NCBI GenBank assembly: GCA_031361295.1
Contig: JANMCN010000240.1
Location: forward strand, 4,505-68,504
DNA: 64,000 nt
DNA from: Acidobacteriota bacterium
Lineage (GTDB): Bacteria > Acidobacteriota > Vicinamibacteria > Vicinamibacterales > 2-12-FULL-66-21
Reading direction: 5' to 3'
Part shown: in pieces, positions 43,606-52,382 of the stretch
How the letters are laid out: every line of letters begins with the position of its first letter
How positions within the stretch are numbered: position 1 is the first letter of the stretch
The notes under the pieces: model-generated
Told to the model about the DNA's origin: nothing
The model's database searches: none
The model's input: the letters and a program-made list of their open reading frames with translations, nothing else
Translations under genes and position numbers: made by a program

Positions 43606-44802
43606 TCACGTACGTCCCGCCACTGCCCACTGCGGAGGCACGTCGATGTAGGATTCGTCGAGCGCCGTCACCGACGGACAACCGAGCAGCTTGATCGTCC
43701 GCATGACGTCGGCCTCAAGGATCTCGATGGCGCGCGCCACCCCTGCGCCTCCCGCGGCGCCGAGTCCGTACGCGTACGCGCGCCCGATCAGCACCGCCTG
43801 TGCGCCGAGGCACAGCGCCTTGACAATGTCGCTGCCGCGACGGATGCCGCCGTCGACCAGCACTTCCACCTGTCCGTTGACGGCCGCCACCACCTCCGGC
43901 AGTACTCGCAGTGTCGGGTGAACGCTGTCGAGCTGCCGTCCCCCATGGTTCGAGACGACGACCGCGTTCGCGCCGACGTCAATCGCCTGTCTTGCGTCGT
44001 CTCCCCGATGCACGCCCTTGACGACGATGGGGCCGTTCCAGGCCTCGCGGATCCAGCGGAGGTCGGGCCAGGTCACCGTGGACGACTCGAGCGCGCTTCC
44101 GACGTCCGCGTACGGCATCGGGCCTTCGCCTGGGAGCACCACGTTCGGGAAGCTCATCATGCCGCCGTCACGGAAGAATCCAGTAAGCCAGCGCGGTCGG
44201 GCCGCGAACTGCCAGACGAACGGGAACATCTGGAACGGATTGCGCGTCACCAGTTCCTTCATGCCGTTGCGCAGGTCGCGCTCGCGCAGCCCTGCAACCG
44301 GGGTATCGATGGTGACGACGAGGGCGGAATACCCTGCCGTGCGCGCGCGCTCGATGGATGCGAGCGCGACGTCGCGACCGCCGACCAGGTACAGCTGATA
44401 CCAGGCGGGCCCCGTCGTCGCCTTGCGCACGTCCTCGAGCAGGCATCCCGAAAGCGTCGAGAGAATGTAAACCGTGCCCGCGTCGCCAGCGGCACGCGCG
44501 GCGACTTCTTCGCCCTTCGGGTAGAACATCCGTGAGCTCCCGACCGGCGCCAGCAGGAAGGGAATCGCCACCGACGTGCCGAGCACGGTCGTGCCAAGGC
44601 TGTATTGGGCGTTGGCCACGGCGCACCGCGGTCTGAAGGCGACCTCGTTATACGCCTGGCAGTTGCGATCGAGGGTGATCTCGCGATCGGCACCGCCATC
44701 GATGTAGTCGAACACCGCGCGCGGTAGGCGGCGCTTCGCGGCCTTTCGCAGGTCTTCGATGTTGACGATCCGTGGCGGCGCGACGGCGCGTGGCATGGGC
44801 AT
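43606..44802 (-). CDS. lldD: FMN-dependent alpha-hydroxy-acid dehydrogenase (L-lactate dehydrogenase / glycolate oxidase family)
   Basis: AVFDYIDGGADREITL, VVTIDTPV, VKGV and VVSNHGGRQLD. The start was taken at the ATG at 44802. The symbol is tentative and rests on family membership plus the adjacent lactate permease. Confidence 0.8.
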   Translation of the reverse strand: MPMPRAVAPPRIVNIEDLRKAAKRRLPRAVFDYIDGGADREITLDRNCQAYNEVAFRPRCAVANAQYSLGTTVLGTSVAIPFLLAPVGSSRMFYPKGEEVAARAAGDAGTVYILSTLSGCLLEDVRKATTGPAWYQLYLVGGRDVALASIERARTAGYSALVVTIDTPVAGLRERDLRNGMKELVTRNPFQMFPFVWQFAARPRWLTGFFRDGGMMSFPNVVLPGEGPMPYADVGSALESSTVTWPDLRWIREAWNGPIVVKGVHRGDDARQAIDVGANAVVVSNHGGRQLDSVHPTLRVLPEVVAAVNGQVEVLVDGGIRRGSDIVKALCLGAQAVLIGRAYAYGLGAAGGAGVARAIEILEADVMRTIKLLGCPSVTALDESYIDVPPQWAVAGRT

Positions 44803-44878
44803 AAGAGCGTATCGGAACGGCGCCGGCCAATCCCGGCCGCCACCAGACTCCGCCATATTATGATGGCCGCGGCCAAAT

Positions 44879-46678
44879 ATGACGTGGGCCCCCTGGATCC
44901 AGAGTTATGACCCGCTCGGCAGCCCGTGGCTCAGCACGGCGGCGGCGGCATTTCCGATCGTCCTGCTGCTCCTCGCGCTCGCGGTCTTCGAGTGGCGTGC
45001 GCATGTGGCGGCCCTGGCAGGTCTGGTTTCGGCACTCGCGGTGGCGACGCTGGTCTTCGGGATGCCGCCGCTGACGGCCGGCGCCACCGCGGCCTACGGC
45101 GCGGCGTACGGCTTCCTGCCGATCGGCTGGATCATCCTCAATGCGGTCTTCCTGTACAACCTGACGGTTGAGACGGGCCAGTTCGACGTGGTGAAGACGT
45201 CGGTCAGCCGCCTCTCGGCGGATCGGCGCATCCAGGCGCTGCTGGTGGCCTTCTCCTTCGGCGCCTTCATCGAAGGCGCGTCCGGGTTCGGGACCCCGGT
45301 GGCGATCTGCTCGGCGCTGCTCATCGGTCTGGGTTTCACGCCGCTCTACGCCGCCGGCCTGTCGCTCATCGCGAACACGGCGCCTGTGGCCTTCGGGGCG
45401 ATCGGGACGCCGATCCTCACGCTCGCGGCCGTCACGGGGATCCCGGCGCACACCATCGGGGTCATGGCGGGTCGGCAGCTCCCATTCGTGTCGCTCATCG
45501 TGCCGGCGTGGCTGGTGGCGACGATGAGCGGCTGGCGCGGGTTGCGGGGCGTGTGGCCGGCCGTGCTCGTCTGCGGCGGCACCTTCGCCTGCGTCCAGTT
45601 CGCCTGGAGCAACTTCGTCGGCGTCGAGCTCGTGGATATCGTCGGCGGGCTTGCGTCGATTGCCGCGCTCGCGCTTTTCTCACGCGTCTGGCAGCCGCGG
45701 GATGTCTGGGACTTTCCCGACGTTCCCGGGCGTGGGGCGGTTCCGGCGGCTGCCGTTCCGCCGACCGCGGTCGCGACGGGTCCGGGCTCTGTACGGACCG
45801 TGCCGGTCGCGGATGCGCGGGGGAGCGTTCTTCGCGCCTGGATGCCATGGGTGTTCCTGAGTGTGGCGGTCATCCTGTGGGGTCTCGCACCGGTGAAGGT
45901 GCTCCTCAACGGAGGGCCGGCAGCGCTGGCCGCCTATCGACGGGGCGGCAGGCCGTCCACGAGCCCGCTGCTGGCGCCGGCCTGGGAGGTTCCGCTGCTC
46001 CATCGCGCGGTGTTCCGCGATTACCCGGTCGTGCCGGCGCCGGTCGATCCGGCGAAGGTCAGGGAGACCGCGTACCGGAATGCGCGGGCGGAGGCGGCGG
46101 TGTTCACGCTCAACTGGGCATCCGCGACCGGGACGGCGATCCTGCTCGCGACGCTCGCCACCGCTCTCTATCTCAGGATTTCCGTCACCCAGCTGATCCG
46201 CGTGGGCCGGCTGACCGCCCGCCGGATGCGGTCCTCGCTCGCCACGATCATGCTGATGCTGTCGCTGGGGTTCGTGACGCGGTACGGAGGGACGGATGCG
46301 ACCCTGGGCCTTGCGTTCACGAAGACAGGCGTCCTCTATCCGTTCTTCGCCGCGCTTCTCGGCTGGCTTGGGGTTGCGCTGACCGGATCCGACACGAGCT
46401 CCAACGTGCTGTTCGGCAGCCTCCAGAAGATCACCGCGCAGCAGCTGGGATTCAATCCGGTCCTGATCACCACCGCAAACAGCACCGGAGGGGTGATGGG
46501 CAAGATGATCGACGCACAGAGCATCGTGGTCGCGACGGCCTCGACGGGGCAGGTCGGGCAGGAAGGACGCATCCTCCGCTTCGTCTTCTGGCACAGCGTC
46601 GCCCTGGTCGTCATCATGGGGGCGATCGTGATGCTCCAGGCCTACGTGCTGCAGTGGATGGTGCCGGCGCTGCCGTGA
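44879..46678 (+). CDS. lctP: L-lactate permease (LctP family)
   Basis: About 600 aa, polytopic. Motifs include FSFGAFIEGASGFGTPVAI, ANTAPVAFGAIGTPI and LTGSDTSSNVLFGSLQ. Divergent from the lldD-like gene. Confidence 0.85.
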   Translation: MTWAPWIQSYDPLGSPWLSTAAAAFPIVLLLLALAVFEWRAHVAALAGLVSALAVATLVFGMPPLTAGATAAYGAAYGFLPIGWIILNAVFLYNLTVETGQFDVVKTSVSRLSADRRIQALLVAFSFGAFIEGASGFGTPVAICSALLIGLGFTPLYAAGLSLIANTAPVAFGAIGTPILTLAAVTGIPAHTIGVMAGRQLPFVSLIVPAWLVATMSGWRGLRGVWPAVLVCGGTFACVQFAWSNFVGVELVDIVGGLASIAALALFSRVWQPRDVWDFPDVPGRGAVPAAAVPPTAVATGPGSVRTVPVADARGSVLRAWMPWVFLSVAVILWGLAPVKVLLNGGPAALAAYRRGGRPSTSPLLAPAWEVPLLHRAVFRDYPVVPAPVDPAKVRETAYRNARAEAAVFTLNWASATGTAILLATLATALYLRISVTQLIRVGRLTARRMRSSLATIMLMLSLGFVTRYGGTDATLGLAFTKTGVLYPFFAALLGWLGVALTGSDTSSNVLFGSLQKITAQQLGFNPVLITTANSTGGVMGKMIDAQSIVVATASTGQVGQEGRILRFVFWHSVALVVIMGAIVMLQAYVLQWMVPALP

Positions 46679-46694
46679 CCGATGGGCGGGGGCG

Positions 46695-48980
46695 TCAGAA
46701 GCTGAATCCCGTCCCGATGTTCACACGCGTGCCGGCCGCCGCGCCGTGCGCGACGTCCAGGTTGATGTGGACGAGGGGTGCCACCAGGAACAGCCCCGCG
46801 CCGGCGCCGCGATGCCACTCCACGTCGCCCAGTCTGGTGCCATCGTCGGCAGCCCTGGCGGCGTCCACGAAGAGCGTCACCCCGAGCTTTGCCCCGTGCA
46901 GGACCGACGTGATCGGCGCGCGCCACTCGCCCGAGGTGACGACCATGTGATCGCCGTCGAACGCCCCGGCGCGGAACCCGCGGAGGTTGGACGCGCCGCC
47001 GAGCAGGAGCCGTTCGTACGGGGGCAGTGTGGCGTCGGCGCCGAAGTACTGCAGGCGTCCGGCGACGACGTTTTGCCGGAACACGCGCAGGTAGCCGCGG
47101 GCGTCCGCTGTGTAGCGATGAACGGCCTCTGCACCGGCGACGTGCAGGTCGGACCAGCCCACACCGAGGACGACGGCGTTGGCGGGGAAGGCCGGGTCGC
47201 TGCGCGTATCGAGCGCCACGTCCCCGCCGGCGCTCCAGAGTCGATCGTCGAGCCGGGCGAAGGTGACCGAACTGCGTGAGACTTCGACCCCGGCCCGGAG
47301 GACGCCGGCAAGGACACGCTCGGCGCGGCCTTTCACTTCGACGCGCCGGTCGTCGATCTCGAAATGCGGGTTCTGACGGCTCGACATGCCGACGCTGGTG
47401 AGCACCCGAGTGAGCGGACCCTTCTTGAAGGGAAGCTCGAACTCGAGTGCCGCGCGTTTCGTGCCGCCCCAGGTGAGGGGAGCGGACAGACGTTCGCCGC
47501 CGCCGAGCAGGTCCACCGTGCTCACGCGCCCGCCATAGGTGAGCCCATGTCCGTCCGCATAGGCGAGAATGGGAAAAAACATCAGGCGGCTTGTGACCCG
47601 CCGCCAGGCGGGAGGCGCCGCGCCGGGTCCGCCGGACGCCTCGCCCGGGCGCTCGTGCACCACGAGCACGAGCGCCACGTCGGCCGGGTCGTCGAGCGAC
47701 CGGTAACGTTTCCGCACCTCGACGGACTCGAAGCGGCCGCTGTCCTTCAACCGCTGCTCGATGTCCTTTTCCGCCGACGGCGTCAGCGGATCGCCCACCG
47801 CCACTCCCGCGAGCGTGCTCACCGCGTCGTCGCTGAGCGTGGCATTGCCGTGCACCCGTATCTCGTGAATCGTCTCGACCATCTGGTCGTCCACAAAAGG
47901 CCCGTGCTCCTGCACGCCAGGCATCTCTGCCACCTCTGGCACGCGTGGCACTTGTGGCACCCGTGTCTGCGTCAGCACGCCTGGCATCCCTGGCACCCGT
48001 GTCTCGAGTTTCGGCACCTTGATCGTTGTCGTGATGTCCGCTTCGCGATAGTTGGTGAAGCCGCGCTCATAGGCCGCGTCGAACGAGCCGGTCGCGAGCG
48101 TGAGGCCGGCATGGATGGCGATCGACCTGGGCAGCCACACGCCCGCGAACGGCTGGCCCATCGTCATCGACGCGCGGAGGTCGTCGATGCGGACGAGCCA
48201 CGCGCCAGGGAGGAAATCGAGCCACACATTGTCGAACGTGTACTGGACGATCTGGTGTTCGGCGGGATCGACCCACAGCGTGACCATCGCGGTCTTGTTC
48301 ATCTTGCGATCAAGGTCCTGTTCGGCGCGCTCGTCGTGCGTCTTCTTCATCTCGCGCGGCCGCTTCTCGTCGTCCGTGTCATTGAAGAGATGCGTGGGGT
48401 AGTACTCGATGCGCAGCACGGCGTGTCCCTCGAGCGTCTCCCGGCCGGCGAGGTAGTAGTTGCCCGGCTCGAACTTGAAGTCCATGAAGTACGCCTCGGA
48501 CACGAACCGGGGTTCCGTGCCGGCCAGGCCCCCGCCGCCGACCGGCAGGCCGTCGGTGCCGGGACGGGTTTCGTTCTTCTCGGGCTCGTGGCGTGCGCGC
48601 CGGGCCTGTCGTTCCTGCTCGCGCTGGATCCACGCCTCCTCATACTGCCGGCGGGCGGGCTCGCCGATCGCGACGCCGTCGAAGCGCACGGGGCTGCGCA
48701 CGTGCATGCCGTCGCGCGCGTACCAGGTGAACTCCCGCTTCATGCGGTGGAGCGGCGTCCGTCCCGGTCCGAGCACTTCGAACGATTCGGTTTCATCGAG
48801 GACATATTGATTGAGGGTGGTGCGGTTGGCGTCCCGGCGCGCGAGCACCTGCTCCATGAAGGCGTCGAGACCACGGGAAGGCCGTGTGGCTGAGGCGGGC
48901 GCCTGCGCGTACGCGGGCGGGCATCCCGCGAGTGTGAGGAGCGCGACGAGGACTGTCGCGCCGGACGCTGGACGATACAC
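46695..48980 (-). CDS. Omp85/BamA-family (surface antigen D15) outer-membrane protein with one POTRA-like unit and a large non-canonical N-terminal domain
   Basis: C-terminal barrel ending ...NIGTGFSF, and a POTRA-like segment IHEIRVHGNATLSDDAVSTLAGVAVGDPLTPSAEKDIEQRLKDSGRFESVEV. The N-terminal ~370 aa are unrelated to POTRA. The GTG at 48980 is preceded by GGAGG and followed by the signal VYRPASGATVLVALLTLAGC. Confidence 0.7.
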   Translation of the reverse strand: MYRPASGATVLVALLTLAGCPPAYAQAPASATRPSRGLDAFMEQVLARRDANRTTLNQYVLDETESFEVLGPGRTPLHRMKREFTWYARDGMHVRSPVRFDGVAIGEPARRQYEEAWIQREQERQARRARHEPEKNETRPGTDGLPVGGGGLAGTEPRFVSEAYFMDFKFEPGNYYLAGRETLEGHAVLRIEYYPTHLFNDTDDEKRPREMKKTHDERAEQDLDRKMNKTAMVTLWVDPAEHQIVQYTFDNVWLDFLPGAWLVRIDDLRASMTMGQPFAGVWLPRSIAIHAGLTLATGSFDAAYERGFTNYREADITTTIKVPKLETRVPGMPGVLTQTRVPQVPRVPEVAEMPGVQEHGPFVDDQMVETIHEIRVHGNATLSDDAVSTLAGVAVGDPLTPSAEKDIEQRLKDSGRFESVEVRKRYRSLDDPADVALVLVVHERPGEASGGPGAAPPAWRRVTSRLMFFPILAYADGHGLTYGGRVSTVDLLGGGERLSAPLTWGGTKRAALEFELPFKKGPLTRVLTSVGMSSRQNPHFEIDDRRVEVKGRAERVLAGVLRAGVEVSRSSVTFARLDDRLWSAGGDVALDTRSDPAFPANAVVLGVGWSDLHVAGAEAVHRYTADARGYLRVFRQNVVAGRLQYFGADATLPPYERLLLGGASNLRGFRAGAFDGDHMVVTSGEWRAPITSVLHGAKLGVTLFVDAARAADDGTRLGDVEWHRGAGAGLFLVAPLVHINLDVAHGAAAGTRVNIGTGFSF

Positions 48981-49084
48981 ATGGCCTCCGACGACGGGCT
49001 GGCGACACGATTGGACGATCGCCGGCGTTCCGCGGTTCCGTTCCACTCTACTGCGATACGATTCCATCGGTGTCGACGTCGAGC

Positions 49085-50869
49085 ATGAGGCGGGCGGTTC
49101 CCGTCGCGCTGGCGCTCCTGGTCACGGTGTACGGCGGACTGGTCCGTCTGGATGCCGTGGTGGAGCGGTACGGCGCAGTGGAACATCCCGGGTGGGCGCG
49201 GCGGCTGACGCATGCCGCGCCCCGATGGGCGGCGGTCGTGAAGCCCGCCGCCCACCGATGGGACCGCGTGGAGGCACCCTACCAGGGGGGCGATCCCATC
49301 AATTATCTGCGCTTCGCCCGCGAGATGCAGACGTTCTACCAGCCCCACGTACGCGAACCCCTGTTCCTGGCCTGGACCCGAGGCTTCTTGTGGCTGTTGT
49401 CCGACCAGGACGTCGCGATCAGCTTTGCGTCGGCCGCGGGCTCGACCCTGGCGATTTTCGGCGTCTACCTCCTGACCGCGGCCATCGCCTCGCCGGCGGC
49501 CGGCGTGGCGGCGGCGCTTCTGCTCGCCTGTGAATACGATCTGATTACTTGGGGCATGGACGGCTGGCGCGACGACACCTTCATGGCCACGGTCGTGTTC
49601 GCCGCATGGGCCTTCGTCCGCCTCCACCGCCGGCCGGCTTTCGCGACCGCGCTGATCGCGGGCGTGACGGCCGGGCTCGCGTGTCTGACGCGCATCACGG
49701 CGCTGTCGTTCGTGATTCCGGCACTGCTCCTGGTCGTGATCGATGCGCCCCACGCCGCGCGGCGCGACCGTGCGGCCAGGGCGGCCCTTGCCGCGATCAT
49801 CTGCGGCGCCCTCGTCGCGCCGTTCCTCATCAGTTGTGCCATCGCGACCGGCGACCCGTTCTTTGCCATCAACTACCACACCGGGTATTACCGATTCGGT
49901 GAGGGGCTCCCGTCCGACCAGCCGATGAGCACCGCCGCGTACCTCGCGGCGAAAGTCGCCGGCCACCCGCTGCGGGCGCTCGACACGGTGCTCACGGGGC
50001 TGTTCGTGCAACCGTTCGTCACCAGGTTTCACGGGTACGAGGGCTACGCGCGGCACATCGGCGCCGCGGTCGAGTGGTGCTCGGCGGCGGGGCTCCTGGT
50101 CCTGCCCTTCGTGCCGGCGGGGCGGATGCTGATCGTGATCCTCGTGACCTCGCTCGTGCCGTACGCCTTCACGTGGAACGTGTCGGGTGGCGGCGAATGG
50201 CGATTCACGATGCATGCCTATCCGCTCTATGTCGCCGCGGCCCTGTTCGCAGTGGACCGTGCCTCACGGTACGTCCTCGCGCTCTGGCGGGACAGCGGGC
50301 GTCGCGCCCTCCCGTTCCGCCCGGTGGTCGTGCGCGCGGCGATGGTCGCCCTGCTTGCCTCACTCGCTTGGGGCAGCTACGTCACCCTGCCGTGGTTCGT
50401 CGTGCGCGAGAGCATCGTCCGGCAGGAGGACGTGAGTATCGAAGCGGGGCCGCGCGATCGGTGGTTCTTTCCCGGGGGCTGGTCCGCCCCGCACACGGAC
50501 GGAGTGCCGGTGCGCGTGTCGCTCGGCGACCGCGCGACGGTACGGCTCCCGCTCCCCGCGCGTCGCGACTACGACGTGGTGGTCCGGCTGGACCCCGTCG
50601 CGCCCGATCGGCAGCGCCGCGCCACCATTCTCCTGAACCGCCAGCTGCTCGGCGCCGTGTACCTGCAGTCGGACCCGCTCCGCATGGGCGCGTACCGGCT
50701 GCGGCTGCCGCAGGAGCGAGTCAGGATCGGCGTCAACGAACTGACGATTGTTCCCGAGACCGTCGTGACCGCCGCGTCGGCCGGCCCGAGGTTCGATTGG
50801 CTGGATCCCGCAGCCCGCACCGGAATCCGCCTGTGGTACGTCCGCGTGCTCGGGAATGGGAACCGCTGA
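49085..50869 (+). CDS. GT-C-fold membrane glycosyltransferase-like protein (GT39/GT83, ArnT/PMT-like) with C-terminal soluble domain
   Basis: Multiple TM helices, an early loop with GGDPINYLRFAREM, and a C-terminal ~170-aa hydrophilic domain. The family call is tentative. The start could be 49070 or the ATG at 49085. Confidence 0.55.
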   Translation: MRRAVPVALALLVTVYGGLVRLDAVVERYGAVEHPGWARRLTHAAPRWAAVVKPAAHRWDRVEAPYQGGDPINYLRFAREMQTFYQPHVREPLFLAWTRGFLWLLSDQDVAISFASAAGSTLAIFGVYLLTAAIASPAAGVAAALLLACEYDLITWGMDGWRDDTFMATVVFAAWAFVRLHRRPAFATALIAGVTAGLACLTRITALSFVIPALLLVVIDAPHAARRDRAARAALAAIICGALVAPFLISCAIATGDPFFAINYHTGYYRFGEGLPSDQPMSTAAYLAAKVAGHPLRALDTVLTGLFVQPFVTRFHGYEGYARHIGAAVEWCSAAGLLVLPFVPAGRMLIVILVTSLVPYAFTWNVSGGGEWRFTMHAYPLYVAAALFAVDRASRYVLALWRDSGRRALPFRPVVVRAAMVALLASLAWGSYVTLPWFVVRESIVRQEDVSIEAGPRDRWFFPGGWSAPHTDGVPVRVSLGDRATVRLPLPARRDYDVVVRLDPVAPDRQRRATILLNRQLLGAVYLQSDPLRMGAYRLRLPQERVRIGVNELTIVPETVVTAASAGPRFDWLDPAARTGIRLWYVRVLGNGNR

Positions 50870-50897
50870 ACTCGGGAGCGGGAGGAGTGTTTCGACA

Positions 50898-50967
50898 GGC
50901 TGAGGTCTGAAAGCTGAAGGCTGAAAGGCTGAAGTATCGACGCTGACCTGAACCCTGGACCTGAACC
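50898..50967. repeat. Degenerate tandem repeats (GCTGAAG/GCTGAAAG)n followed by (CTGAACC/CTGGACC)n
   Basis: ggctgaggtctgaaagctgaaggctgaaaggctgaag ... gctgacctgaaccctggacctgaacc, in the convergent gap between the genes ending at 50869 (+) and 50969 (-). Confidence 0.8.
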
Positions 50968-50968
50968 A

Positions 50969-51991
50969 TCATCCCACTCTCGCCCATCCGCTCGTTTCCG
51001 CGGACTGAAACAGGGCATCGATCACCTTCAGGTTGGCCATCGAGTCTTCGAGCGGGTACGGCGCCGGAGTGCCGCGACGGACGGCTTCGGAGAACAGGTC
51101 GCCCTGGATCGTGTACTGATCGCACACCTCGATGTCGATCACCTCACGAGCCGGGCCGCCGTCGGGGGCACGGTGCTCGACGCACACGCGCGACGGGCGA
51201 TCGGGTGGGGCATTGAAGGGGATGGCGATGTCGACGCGGCCCAGCGTGCCCGTCAACGAGACGCCCTGACCGGCGGCGAGCTGCGTGCCGCAGGTGCCGA
51301 TCGCCTGCCCGCCCGGGAATTCGAGCAGCAGGGACGTCAGCCGGTCCACGCCGAAGACCGGGTCCCGATCGATCAGTGCGCACACCCGCCGCGGCTCCTG
51401 CTCGAACATCATCCGCGCGGTGTTGACGAGGTAACAGCCGATGTCGAGCAGCGCGCCCCCGCCGTACGCGCGCACGTTCCGCACGTTCGACGGGTCGTCA
51501 TTGAAGTAGCTGAAGGCGCCGGTCACCGTTCGCAGCGGTCCGATCCTGCCGGACCGGACGATCGCTCGGGCGCGCAGCCACTGGGGATGCGTGCGCACCA
51601 TGAACGCTTCCTCCACGAGGACGCCCGTCCGATCGCGCACCTCGAGGAGCTGCTGCGCTTCGCGGGCGGTCAACGCAATCGGCTTTTCGCAGAGCACGTG
51701 CTTGCCGGCTTCGGCCGCGCGGATGGCCCACGGCACGTGCAGATGGTTGGGCAGGGGAATATAGACCGCCTCGATGTCGCGGTCTGCCAGGATCTCTTCG
51801 TACGACGCATACGCCTTGGGAATCCCCAGGGTCGCGGCGGCCTGCGCCGCGCGCGCCCCGTCCCGCGAGGCAATCGCGTCGATGCGCGTCCATGCGCCCT
51901 TCTGCATCGCGGGGATCACCTTGTTCGTGGCGATGCGCGCCACGCCAAGGACGCCCCATCGCACCTTGTCGAGCTGGAGGTTCGTGGCCAC
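50969..51991 (-). CDS. Gfo/Idh/MocA-family NAD(P)-dependent oxidoreductase
   Basis: VRWGVLGVARIATNKVIPAM Rossmann N-terminus, EAVYIPLPNHLH and VLCEKP. Confidence 0.85.
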   Translation of the reverse strand: MATNLQLDKVRWGVLGVARIATNKVIPAMQKGAWTRIDAIASRDGARAAQAAATLGIPKAYASYEEILADRDIEAVYIPLPNHLHVPWAIRAAEAGKHVLCEKPIALTAREAQQLLEVRDRTGVLVEEAFMVRTHPQWLRARAIVRSGRIGPLRTVTGAFSYFNDDPSNVRNVRAYGGGALLDIGCYLVNTARMMFEQEPRRVCALIDRDPVFGVDRLTSLLLEFPGGQAIGTCGTQLAAGQGVSLTGTLGRVDIAIPFNAPPDRPSRVCVEHRAPDGGPAREVIDIEVCDQYTIQGDLFSEAVRRGTPAPYPLEDSMANLKVIDALFQSAETSGWARVG

Positions 51992-52174
51992 AGATGGAGT
52001 ACCTTTCGGGAAGGCGGGGCGACCGGCCGCCGTCCGTTCTCATTCGTCTTTCGACGAGCGCCATAAGCGCGCGTTATGACGCCGGCCGTCCGCACCCGGG
52101 CTGCTTTTGTGCCGAAAAGCCCCCGGGCGTGGCCAGATTATGGTGCGAACGCCGAGGATTTCAATCAAATCCCG

Positions 52175-52204
52175 TTGACGCCTCTCAGGCCGGCCAGCTA
52201 TACT
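52175..52204 (+). promoter_or_regulatory. Candidate sigma-70-type promoter (TTGACG-18 nt-TATACT)
   Basis: TTGACG at 52175-52180 and TATACT at 52199-52204, in an otherwise gene-free 390-nt region upstream of asd. Confidence 0.4.
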
Positions 52205-52323
52205 TCGCGGCAATCGTGGTGAGCAGCCTGACGCGGACCATCTGCCGAAAGCGGGTCAAACGACTCGAGGCGGTGGTGTGTGTGCGCCGAACGTAGCAGG
52301 AACTACAGGACGACTCACAGCCA

Positions 52324-52359
52324 CCCGTCGGCCCTCAGCAGGGCGGCGGGTTTTTTTTT
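52324..52359 (+). terminator. Intrinsic terminator-like hairpin + T9 inside the asd leader (candidate attenuator)
   Basis: cccgtcggccc-tcagca-gggcggcggg gives about 10 bp with one bulge and one G-U pair, followed by ttttttttt. It lies 24 nt upstream of the asd ATG, and no upstream same-strand gene needs terminating. Confidence 0.55.
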
Positions 52360-52382
52360 GAGATTCACACGGGCGGGGCATC

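Noticed and set aside
52210-52360. Lysine (L-box) riboswitch call for the asd leader
   Set aside because: The leader is shorter than typical L-boxes. I could not find the conserved core elements in the correct order, only loose resemblances (GAGGCGG, CGCCGAA). It is kept as an unclassified attenuator candidate, not annotated as a lysine riboswitch.
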